Assembly (NCBI GenBank): GCA_005223035.1
Contig: NJBK01000005.1
Span: forward strand, 31,237 to 95,236
Direction: 5' to 3'
Source: Chloroflexi bacterium B3_Chlor
GTDB taxonomy: Bacteria > Chloroflexota > Anaerolineae > UBA7937 > B3-Chlor
DNA: 64,000 bases
Shown: positions 9,691 through 18,181 of the stretch, in pieces
How positions within the stretch are numbered: position 1 is the first letter of the stretch
How the letters are laid out: the number at the start of each line of letters is the position of its first letter
Notes under the pieces: model-generated
Told to the model about the DNA's origin: nothing
The model's database searches: none
The model's input: only the letters and a program-made list of their open reading frames with translations
Position numbers and translations under genes: made by a program

Positions 9691-11174
9691 GACCCACCTC
9701 TCTCGTGCGTGACGAAGATGGCCGCTTTCTCGTCGGCATAGCGCCGTTCCCAGTCAGGTCTTTCGTTCAGAACAGTGCTGAGGGGACTTCCTTCATCTAT
9801 GATCACCAACGTGACCTCGTAGGCATCCAGGGGCTCTTCCCAGCCTTCCCGTAGTTGATACACTTGCAGGTACTGGTCTATGAAGGCGTCCCCGTAGACG
9901 TCGGCCCGGCCATCTATGAATACCTTATGATCCGGGTACAGTCTCCAGATGAGGTATCCTCCCCAGTGGTACAGGTTGTACATGTTGCCTGTAATCCGCC
10001 GCTCCACGATGAAGTCTACGGCCTCCACCGGGAAGGCAGCTCTCTGAGCCGCCACGTTGCCTCTGAGGGTCAGGCCCACCTTGATGGCTCCTCCAAAGAC
10101 TACCAGAGAAAGCAGCAGCCAGTTAAGAACGAGGTAGATGGTGGCTCTTTGCCTCCTTCTCGGGGTGAAGCGCCGTGACCACTTGGATCGCTGCCAGATA
10201 TGGAGAAGTTGGGCTGCGAGTATGGGGGTTCCTGTGAGTACGAAGAAGGGGATATGTCGGGCCGAACGAAGTGAGGCGTAGCCGAACCCCACCAGGAACA
10301 GAAAGCCGGTCGCGCTGGGAGTTCGTCGGGACAGGCCGAGTGCTACCACAATGAGAAGAATGAATAACGCAAGGGGCTGAAATTGAATCTGGTGAAAGTC
10401 CGGCGAGAACCACTCCATGATGTACGCCTGCATGGCTGGGCTACCTAGTGTGCCGAAAGGGTAAAGCAGCAGGCGGATTCCGTTGGGGTTAGCCAGAGGA
10501 GCTACTCCCGCGATCAGGGTCACAATCAGCAGTCGCCGTACGTCCCTCCACGCGAGGGTCTGTTCGCCACTACCCCTGCAAAGGTTGGCAATTGTGGCCC
10601 CCACGATGTGCACGCTTGGGAAAACCAGACCCAGAAGAAAGGTGCCGTGCAGGTTGGCCCAGAGCACCATCAAGGGTGGCATCAGCCATATGATCTTCGT
10701 CCGTCCCCTTTCATAGGAATGCAGGATATATAGGAAAGCGGAAGATAGGAATAGAGAGAACATCTGCGGACGTACGCCCCATGTAACCGCAGAGGTGATG
10801 GCTGCCAAGATGATCACGAAGGCTGCCAAGTAGGGACGCCCCGGGCATTGAAGATACAGGAGCCCGAAGGCACCGGTGATCAGCGCCGCGAAGGTCAGGA
10901 TTAGCCCTTCTTGTCCTGACACAGAATAGATGAGGTACAGAATGACCTCGGTCAGCCACTCATGAGTGATCCAGGGCTGGTCAGGCAGCGCATAGGAGAA
11001 GATGTCTTGCCGAGGGATACTTCTCGTCTCAAGTATGTGCTGCCCGGTACGCAGGTGCCACCAGAAATCGGGATCTGTGACTTCCCGGCTGGCCATGAAG
11101 AAGATGCACAGTAGGAGAACCAACAACATCAGCCGTTGCGTGCTGAGCGCTTCGAGAACTCTTCTAGCTTTCAC
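9687..11174 (-). CDS. Polytopic membrane protein, putative GT-C-like glycosyltransferase (family not recognised)
   Basis: 495 aa and multi-TM. It has an early acidic/aromatic loop VTDPDFWWHLRTGQ and a soluble C-terminal ~90 aa. GTG start at 11174. Confidence 0.4.
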   Translation of the reverse strand: MKARRVLEALSTQRLMLLVLLLCIFFMASREVTDPDFWWHLRTGQHILETRSIPRQDIFSYALPDQPWITHEWLTEVILYLIYSVSGQEGLILTFAALITGAFGLLYLQCPGRPYLAAFVIILAAITSAVTWGVRPQMFSLFLSSAFLYILHSYERGRTKIIWLMPPLMVLWANLHGTFLLGLVFPSVHIVGATIANLCRGSGEQTLAWRDVRRLLIVTLIAGVAPLANPNGIRLLLYPFGTLGSPAMQAYIMEWFSPDFHQIQFQPLALFILLIVVALGLSRRTPSATGFLFLVGFGYASLRSARHIPFFVLTGTPILAAQLLHIWQRSKWSRRFTPRRRQRATIYLVLNWLLLSLVVFGGAIKVGLTLRGNVAAQRAAFPVEAVDFIVERRITGNMYNLYHWGGYLIWRLYPDHKVFIDGRADVYGDAFIDQYLQVYQLREGWEEPLDAYEVTLVIIDEGSPLSTVLNERPDWERRYADEKAAIFVTHERGGS

Positions 11175-11266
11175 TCTTGACTCGCCAGTAACAGTGTGGT
11201 GGCTTGAGAGAGAATTCGCGCTAGACTAGAGAAGATGGTCTTATCCCCAATGGGCGAAGGTCAGCG

Positions 11267-12913
11267 TTACCTGTTGAGCTCTCTAATCTCATAGAGCTGC
11301 TCGCCAACTCTTCTGATTGCATACCCATCAGCGGCAACCAGCGGGTCAACGGCCTTCCTGTCAGGACGGGGATAAGCAACGACGCCGAAGGAGTGAATTC
11401 CATTCTTCAGGAGGGTCTCCGTCAGTTCCTGATATGCCTCTTGATCCCGAGCATAGAAGAACTGCTTCTCGTAGAACAAGGGAGCCACGTATTCCGCGTA
11501 CCCGTACTCGTCACTGATTATGTAGGCGGAACCGACCTGAGAGGTATTCTCAATCAATCTCACGTCTCTCGTCTTGATGATGTACAGAGTTCTCAGCCCG
11601 GACATCTGCACCAGCAGGCTAAGAGCGACCATGGACAGGAAACACACCTTGAGAAGTCCTCCTCGTCGGGAGAATCCCCCGTGCGTGTTGAGGGCCGAGA
11701 AGTTGTTTGTCGCTAGGATGGTCAAGGGGGGAAGGATAGGCAACAGGAATCGGGGACCCCACTGCAGTCCGGGATCCACGGGTGTCATCAGGCAGACGAG
11801 GGTTATGTACCCCAGGCTGAGAGTTAGGAGGAAGCGATTCTCTTGCCGGAGGGATGAATTCAGCAGGGTGGCGAAGCCAAAAGCCAGGAAAGGGCTCGTA
11901 GTGATCAACCCGCCCAGGGGCCTCCCAGTGGCAGCCTCAAGGATATTGGGGATCGTGGCGAGCGCCAGGCCAGCGAAGGCGATGATGACCAGCAGGCGGT
12001 TAGTGCGAAGTTTGGGCGCCCGGATAAGCATGGCTGAAGCCACGAAGGCTATGATGAACAGGAAGCTCATCACGGGGCTGGAGTTGCCTTCCAGCAAGGT
12101 GTGATAGACGATCCCCACTCGGCCAGTAGCTACGGGAAGCTCTTCAGCCAGCCAAGCCAAATGCCCGACATGCGGGCCGATGAAGTCGCCGTAGACGAGG
12201 AATTGAAAAAGCCACAGAGGAACTATAGCGATGAGGGTCCCGAGACCGAGCGACAACACATGGCTGAAGCGTCTGCTACAGAGAAAGAAATAGACAACAG
12301 GCATCACGACTGCCATCACGTACAGCTCTGATCTCACCCAGATAGCCAGCCCAGTCAGCATCCCCGCCAGCACCAGGAGGAGCTGCCTAGGTTGGTCAAG
12401 GTTCTTGATAACTAAGAGGAGAGCCAACGTGGACAAGAGGGTACCCAGAGTGTGATCCCAGAACAGGAGGCTGTAGAAGATGAGGGGGGTGCAGAACGCC
12501 AGGACGAGAATCGAGGAGGGACCATTGTCGCCCGTCAACCGCGCGATGTAGTAGCTAATCACCAAGGTCAGTAGCCCTGATAGGAGAGGTATCACGTAGA
12601 GGCCCGCGTAGTCTAGCAGACGATAAAGAGGGACAGTTAGCAGGGGAAAGAACACTGGGTAGACGGCATAGATACTTCTTTCCCGTATGAGGGGAGGAGG
12701 GTTGTTTATCGGCACATAACTAAGGGCGGGGTCAAGCTCCCGCCCTGGATATTCAAGCGTAAAATCACCCAAACCTTTTCGGACGAAGCTCTGGAGTTGT
12801 ATGAGCTTGAGGCCCTCATCGCTGCTGAAAAAGGCTTCCCGAGGCATCACAAGGAAGGCCAGGACACCGTACGTGGCGGCCACACAGGCCAGAGCAAGAA
12901 GAGGTCTTCTCAT
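11267..12913 (-). CDS. Polytopic membrane protein, GT-C-fold glycosyltransferase-like
   Basis: 548 aa and multi-TM. The first loop is FFSSDEGLKLIQ (a DE motif like PMT/ArnT). It has a soluble C-terminal ~90 aa. Confidence 0.5.
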   Translation of the reverse strand: MRRPLLALACVAATYGVLAFLVMPREAFFSSDEGLKLIQLQSFVRKGLGDFTLEYPGRELDPALSYVPINNPPPLIRERSIYAVYPVFFPLLTVPLYRLLDYAGLYVIPLLSGLLTLVISYYIARLTGDNGPSSILVLAFCTPLIFYSLLFWDHTLGTLLSTLALLLVIKNLDQPRQLLLVLAGMLTGLAIWVRSELYVMAVVMPVVYFFLCSRRFSHVLSLGLGTLIAIVPLWLFQFLVYGDFIGPHVGHLAWLAEELPVATGRVGIVYHTLLEGNSSPVMSFLFIIAFVASAMLIRAPKLRTNRLLVIIAFAGLALATIPNILEAATGRPLGGLITTSPFLAFGFATLLNSSLRQENRFLLTLSLGYITLVCLMTPVDPGLQWGPRFLLPILPPLTILATNNFSALNTHGGFSRRGGLLKVCFLSMVALSLLVQMSGLRTLYIIKTRDVRLIENTSQVGSAYIISDEYGYAEYVAPLFYEKQFFYARDQEAYQELTETLLKNGIHSFGVVAYPRPDRKAVDPLVAADGYAIRRVGEQLYEIRELNR

Positions 12914-13110
12914 TTGGGTTCTATTCTAGCCCTGTTTCAACCGCGGTGCAAGCAGTGCTTGTTGCGTTGACTCACGCGCCGCCTCGGTGCGGGTGCGGAC
13001 AGCGTGGAAAACCTTGTATGTTGCGCTGGGTTATAGTACAATTGGGCGCTCAATCCGGATGCAGGCTGATATCTGAGGTGAGGACCTTTGTGGTGTCGTG
13101 ACGAGGCTGA

Positions 13111-13821
13111 GTGATGGCTAGCAGGGTTGAGGCACTGTACAGACTAGAACTAATAGATGCTGAGGTTGATGAGAAGAGGGACGCCCTGGCCCAAATAGAG
13201 ATGCAGCTGGATGAGAACGAAGAGTTATTGCCGGCCCGGCGAAAGCAGGATGAGAAAGAAGAAGCTTTGCGCAAATCACGAAGCAGACTGCGGAGCCTGG
13301 AACTGGATTTGGAAGAGATATCGAGCAAGATCGCCTCGACCGAACAGATGCTCTACGGAGGAGCGGTCACCAACCCCAAAGAGCTGGCGGGCCTGGAGCA
13401 GGAACTCGAATACCTAAAACGGCGGCAGTCAGACGTTGAGGACAGGACTCTGGCGACGATGGCTGAAGTCGAGGAGATGGAGGGTGGCTTCAGAGAGGGC
13501 AAGGAGTTCTTGGAGCGCACTGAGCGAGTATGGGAGGCAACGCAGGGGAACTTGCGCCGAGAGGCGGAAGAGTTACATTCCCGATTGATGGCCCTTGAGG
13601 GGGAGAGGAGGGAGAGGCTTCTGACGGTGTCCAAAGAAGATCTGTCTGCGTATGAGGATCTGCGCCGCCAGAAGGGGGGACAGGCGGTGGCTCTCCTTGA
13701 GAAAGGCATATGCCAGGGTTGCAGAGTTGCTCTGCCAACCAGCTTTGTGCAGAAGGTCCGTCGCGGTGAGGAGTTGGTCTACTGCAGTAGCTGTCAACGT
13801 CTCCTGTACTCTCTGGCATAG
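13111..13821 (+). CDS. Coiled-coil protein with C-terminal C4 zinc ribbon (COG1579 family)
   Basis: About 190 aa of heptad-rich E/L/R sequence, then CQGCRVALP...YCSSCQRLLY. Confidence 0.75.
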   Translation: MMASRVEALYRLELIDAEVDEKRDALAQIEMQLDENEELLPARRKQDEKEEALRKSRSRLRSLELDLEEISSKIASTEQMLYGGAVTNPKELAGLEQELEYLKRRQSDVEDRTLATMAEVEEMEGGFREGKEFLERTERVWEATQGNLRREAEELHSRLMALEGERRERLLTVSKEDLSAYEDLRRQKGGQAVALLEKGICQGCRVALPTSFVQKVRRGEELVYCSSCQRLLYSLA

Positions 13822-13862
13822 GTTGCACCGCGGCTGATCAAGGTCTTTGCTGAGGAAAAGGC

Positions 13863-16028
13863 TTGGACAACGAACAGGAATCAGTTAATCCTTACGTCAT
13901 AGACGCCCCTGTAGTGGAGGAAGCCCGGTTCTTTGGTCGTGAGAAGGTGCTGACATGGGCAAAGGAAATCTTGGGGGCGAAAGGGACGAAGCGGATTGTG
14001 GTGCTGCGAGGCAGCTACCGCATAGGAAAGACCTCGCTTCTCCACCAGCTCAGACGGCATCTCCCGCAAAGAGTCTTCCTCATTGACCTTTCCCAGGCGG
14101 GGAACGAGGACAAGCTCGGCTCCCTTCTGTGGCGCATTGGGACGAGCATAGCTGCAATCCTGGACTACGACGCAGCGGTCAGATTGTCCAGCCCCGAAGT
14201 AAACGATTTCCTGACCAACTCAGACTACTTCCACGAAACGTTCCTTCCCCGGGTATACAAGGCCCTGAAGCGCAGGCGTCTGGTACTGGCTTTCGACGAG
14301 GTCGACTCGTTGGAGGATGGGGAGGGCTCGTTGAGGGGGAGCTTCTACACTTATCTGTCCACGCTGATGGACAGCGGCTTGAACCTCAGCCTCGTCCTTG
14401 CTTTGGAACAGTGGCCTGAAAGCCCGCCCGCAATCCTCGGCGACGCCTATCGCTGGAGGCTGGGCCACCTGGATGACGTCGCGGCGACGGATCTCATTAT
14501 CGAACCAGCGAAGGGCGTCTTGGAATATGACTTCCATGCTGTGAGGCGGATTCTGGATCTGACTTCGGGGCACCCGTATTTCACTCAACTTCTCTGTCAT
14601 GTCGTCTTCGAACGCTGCGCACTCAGCGGGCGAGTATCGGCCAAGGATGTAGAAGGCGCGGCCGAAGAGGCTATCGAGCTGGGACTACCGTATCTGGAGC
14701 GCGTGTGGGACGAGTCTTCACCCAGGGCGAGAATAGTACTTGCCGCTTTTGCGAGTCTGCGCGGTGCCCGCGGCATACTCCTGGAGCAAGATCTGCGATT
14801 TCTGTTGGGACGGCGGGGAGCGGGGCTTTCTCCTTCCGAGATCAGCGAAGGATGCCAGGAGCTCGTTGACGGAGACGTATTGGAGGCGCTGGGCGCGACG
14901 AGCTATCGCTTCAGGGTGGAGCTTGTTAAGACGTGGGTTAGCGCACGGCGAAAGCTGGATTCCGTGCTGGGGATGCGGCGAACAAAGCAAGTAGCGGCCA
15001 CCGCCAGCGACTGGATGGGAAGGTTCCTTTGGCCTTTGATCGGCCTGCTGGTGGTGACTGCCCTCACCTTCTGGTTATTGGCTTCATGGCAGCCTCTTAG
15101 AGAGATGAATCAGGCGAGCGCCACCCCAGTCGAGACTGAAGCTGCCCCTTCGCTGTCGTATGTTCTTGTGACTCCTACGCCCGACTCGCGATTCACGCCT
15201 ACACCCATTCCCACGCCCAGACCGCCAACGCTCGACATCGCCTATAAGCTGTGGGACGAGCAGGCCAGCAACTGGGAGATATACGCCATGTCGAGAGACG
15301 GTTCTCTGGTCACCCGCCTGACCGACAACGACGTTGACGATAGCTCGCCTGTCTGGTCTAGCGATCATAGTTGGCTGACCTTCGTGTCGGAGCGGGATGG
15401 AAACCAGGAGATCTACCGTATGGATATGGATGGTTCTGAGCCAGTGAACCTGACCAACAATCGAGCGGCGGACTGGACACCTTCCATCTCCCCTGATGGG
15501 ACCAAGGTGGTCTTTTCTTCGCTGCGGGACGGCAACTGGGAGCTGTACCTAATGGATGCCGATGGCTCACAGCCTGCCAGGATGACTTTCAACCAGGAGC
15601 CTGACTATTCCCCGGCTTGGTCGCCCGATGGCTCGAAAATAGCCTTCGTCTCCGAACGGGATGGCAACTTGGAAATATACGTGATGAATGCTGATGGCAC
15701 GGCCGAAGTTCGGTTGACCCGGAACAGTCTCCTAGACCTGTCGCCGGCGTGGTCTCCTGATGGTTCGTCAATAGCGTTTGAGTCGTATCGCGATGGCAAC
15801 ATGGAGATCTATGTGATGAACGCTGACGGCAGCGAGCAGCGGAATCTAAGTAACTATCCCTTGGCAGATGATCATGGTCCGTCATGGACGGTTGATGGCT
15901 TCGGGATAGTATTCTATTCAAACAGAGACGGCAACTGGGACTTGCACCTGATGAACGCGCAGGGGGGCGAGGTGAGCGGTCTGACAAATAGCCCTAGCTT
16001 GGAGCAGGAGCCTTTCTGGGGTTCGTAG
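13863..16028 (+). CDS. P-loop NTPase (AAA/Orc-type ATPase domain) - single TM - PD40 (TolB-like) beta-propeller fusion protein
   Basis: Walker A GSYRIGKTSL and Walker B LVLAFDEVD. TM segment FLWPLIGLLVVTALTFWLLASW, followed by a P/T-rich linker. At least 6 repeats of the type SPxWSPDGsxIaFvSxRDGNxEIYvMnaDGS. TTG start preceded by GAGGAAAAGG. Confidence 0.7.
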   Translation: MDNEQESVNPYVIDAPVVEEARFFGREKVLTWAKEILGAKGTKRIVVLRGSYRIGKTSLLHQLRRHLPQRVFLIDLSQAGNEDKLGSLLWRIGTSIAAILDYDAAVRLSSPEVNDFLTNSDYFHETFLPRVYKALKRRRLVLAFDEVDSLEDGEGSLRGSFYTYLSTLMDSGLNLSLVLALEQWPESPPAILGDAYRWRLGHLDDVAATDLIIEPAKGVLEYDFHAVRRILDLTSGHPYFTQLLCHVVFERCALSGRVSAKDVEGAAEEAIELGLPYLERVWDESSPRARIVLAAFASLRGARGILLEQDLRFLLGRRGAGLSPSEISEGCQELVDGDVLEALGATSYRFRVELVKTWVSARRKLDSVLGMRRTKQVAATASDWMGRFLWPLIGLLVVTALTFWLLASWQPLREMNQASATPVETEAAPSLSYVLVTPTPDSRFTPTPIPTPRPPTLDIAYKLWDEQASNWEIYAMSRDGSLVTRLTDNDVDDSSPVWSSDHSWLTFVSERDGNQEIYRMDMDGSEPVNLTNNRAADWTPSISPDGTKVVFSSLRDGNWELYLMDADGSQPARMTFNQEPDYSPAWSPDGSKIAFVSERDGNLEIYVMNADGTAEVRLTRNSLLDLSPAWSPDGSSIAFESYRDGNMEIYVMNADGSEQRNLSNYPLADDHGPSWTVDGFGIVFYSNRDGNWDLHLMNAQGGEVSGLTNSPSLEQEPFWGS

Positions 16029-16040
16029 CTTCTTCCCGTC

Positions 16041-16385
16041 TTATGACTTCGCTTGCCTTGCGCGAATCCATTCCAGGATTGCGCTCCTCTCAATCCCATC
16101 CACTCTGACCATCTTCCGGCGTGCCTTGTGTCCAGAGAGTATTTCAACCTGGTTGTTCCTCACCCCCAAACCCTTGGCTAGTAACTTCACCAACGCCTGG
16201 TTGGCTTTGCCCCGTGTTGGGGGAGCGGTCACTCTCACCTTCAGCGTGTCACCCTCGACGCCGACGATCTCGTTCCGGACGGCTCTGGGGATGACCCTAA
16301 CAGGAAGGACAACCGTTTCTTTGCCGGTGCCATCTGCCTTTTGAGGTGTGTCCTGAGAGAAGATACCGTCAGCCTTTGACTTCAT
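16041..16385 (-). CDS. DUF167 (YggU) family protein
   Basis: LKVRVTAPPTRGKANQALVKLLAKGLGV..VEILSGHKARRK is the family signature. Confidence 0.85.
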   Translation of the reverse strand: MKSKADGIFSQDTPQKADGTGKETVVLPVRVIPRAVRNEIVGVEGDTLKVRVTAPPTRGKANQALVKLLAKGLGVRNNQVEILSGHKARRKMVRVDGIERSAILEWIRARQAKS

Positions 16386-16386
16386 G

Positions 16387-16656
16387 CTACAGGCCTTGCA
16401 TAGCCAGAAACAGCACTTGCTGGACTATCCCCAGTACGACGATGGCAACGATGGGACTGATATCAATCATGCCTATCGGAGGAATGATGCCACGAAAGAA
16501 GCCCAGGATAGGTTCTGTAACTCGATACAAGAAGAGCGACACGGGGTGGTAAGGATCAAGCCTGAACCAGGATAGTATTATCCTCGCCATGATGGCTAGG
16601 TAGAGGAAGGTGAAAACCAGGTCTACGGTTTGGAGTAACACGGCCCCTATTGTCAT
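16387..16656 (-). CDS. yggT: YggT family membrane protein
   Basis: 89 aa with two TM segments. IMARIILSWFRLDPYHP..YRVTEPIL is typical of YggT/Ycf19. Confidence 0.8.
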   Translation of the reverse strand: MTIGAVLLQTVDLVFTFLYLAIMARIILSWFRLDPYHPVSLFLYRVTEPILGFFRGIIPPIGMIDISPIVAIVVLGIVQQVLFLAMQGL

Positions 16657-17393
16657 CAGTTGTCCTCCTGTTCATCGTTGCTTTCGCCGAAGATAGCGCG
16701 CCCCACGCGAATCATCGTGGCTCCTTCTTCGATGGCCACCTCGAAGTCATCGGTCATGCCCATGGACAAATGCCGCCATTGTGTTTCGGGAAAATCCTCT
16801 TTCAGCTTGTTCAGAAGGGAACTGAGGCGACGAAAGCAGGAGCGCAGCACTTCTTCAGGGGCGCCAAAAGGGGCCATGGTCATCAAGCCCTGCAGATCCA
16901 GGTTGGGCAGCTTGGCTATCTGTTCCACTGTGTCAATGAACCGCCTCTCTTGGTCGTTGTTGGCCTCCTGCAACAGAAACCCGTGCTTGCTGGCCTCGCC
17001 CGAAACATTCACTTCCAGTAGTATTGGCATGCTTATCCCTGCCACGCCGCACGTGCGGCTTATCTCAAGAGCCAGACGGAGGCTGTCTACCGAGTGAACA
17101 GTGTCGAAGAGGTGTATGGCCTTCTTGACCTTGTTCCGCTGCAGGTGACCCACCATATGCCACGTCAGGAGCATATTCCTGTCTCGACACCACCTTATCT
17201 TTGGCTCCGCTTCCTGGACCCGGTTCTCGCCAAATTGGGTGAGCCCAGCATTCCAGGCTTCTTCAATCTTCTCTGGTGGAAAGGTCTTCGTTACTACGAT
17301 CAAGGCGATCTCCTCAGGCTCTCTGCCCGCACGAGTTGCTGCGGCGGCGATTCGTTCCTGGAGTCTCGCCAAGTTGGCTTTGATATCTGTCAT
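16656..17393 (-). CDS. yggS: YggS family pyridoxal-phosphate homeostasis protein
   Basis: ..IALIVVTKT..FGENRVQE..HMVGHLQRNK..LSMGMTDDFEVAIEEGATMIRVG. Confidence 0.9.
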   Translation of the reverse strand: MTDIKANLARLQERIAAAATRAGREPEEIALIVVTKTFPPEKIEEAWNAGLTQFGENRVQEAEPKIRWCRDRNMLLTWHMVGHLQRNKVKKAIHLFDTVHSVDSLRLALEISRTCGVAGISMPILLEVNVSGEASKHGFLLQEANNDQERRFIDTVEQIAKLPNLDLQGLMTMAPFGAPEEVLRSCFRRLSSLLNKLKEDFPETQWRHLSMGMTDDFEVAIEEGATMIRVGRAIFGESNDEQEDN

Positions 17394-18181
17394 CTGGATT
17401 CTCTGATTCCCATCACCGCAGCGAACCTGCCGGTCGCTCCTCTCTCTGCGCGATGAGAGAAGAACTCATCAGTGTGGCAGGCGGTGCACATGTCGCTTAT
17501 CTCTATCCCCCGGACACCTGTCTGCATCAACTGTTGACGATTTGCCTCCCGTAGGTCCAGGGAGAAATCGTTGCCTCCCAGATGATGGAGTGCTCGTTCC
17601 CAATCCTCAAGAGCCGGCTTGACCATTTGCACGACCTCGGGCCCGACTTGGTAACAGCAGGGGCCTATGGCAGGGCCCAGGCCGGCGATGATTCTCGACG
17701 GGTTGCTCCCGGAGCATTCGGCCATCATTGATACCATTCGGCGGGCAACTCCGGCAGCCGTGCCACGCCAGCCAGCGTGACCCAGGCCTACGGCTCGTCT
17801 CTCTGGGTCATAGAGGAAGATTGGCAGGCAATCTGCGTAACGTAGCATTAGATTCACGCCGCCGGTGCCAGTTACTAGAGCATCAGTCGCGGGTACAACC
17901 CTTCCGCCGTCATCGGCGCTGACGATGGCCACGCAGTCACCATGAACCTGTCTGGCGGTGACCACTTGCCTGCTGGAGAGTCCCAGAGTTCGATAGATCA
18001 GGCGATGGTTGGTCTCCACCGCGGCCAAGTCGTCCCCAACCAGACGTCCGACGTTCAGTCCCACAAACGGGGGGCCGCTGACCCCACCAAGCCGGGTAAA
18101 GATCGCGTGCACTATTTCCTCGTAGTCGCCAAGCGCTTCAAAAGTGTAATAGGGAACGCCGTTCTGTTCTTGATGGATCAT
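17390..18181 (-). CDS. pgeF: Peptidoglycan editing factor PgeF (YfiH/laccase-domain protein)
   Basis: QVHGDCV, ADCLPIFLYDP, GHAGWRGT and CTACHTDEFFSHR. Confidence 0.85.
   Translation of the reverse strand: MIHQEQNGVPYYTFEALGDYEEIVHAIFTRLGGVSGPPFVGLNVGRLVGDDLAAVETNHRLIYRTLGLSSRQVVTARQVHGDCVAIVSADDGGRVVPATDALVTGTGGVNLMLRYADCLPIFLYDPERRAVGLGHAGWRGTAAGVARRMVSMMAECSGSNPSRIIAGLGPAIGPCCYQVGPEVVQMVKPALEDWERALHHLGGNDFSLDLREANRQQLMQTGVRGIEISDMCTACHTDEFFSHRAERGATGRFAAVMGIRESR

Noticed and set aside
13050-13828. ORFs antisense to or overlapping the COG1579 gene: 13050-13328, 13353-13709, 13490-13828 and 13573-13797.
   Set aside because: They are Ser/Arg/Pro-rich mirror translations of a Glu/Leu/Arg-rich coiled-coil gene. 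They are not independent genes.
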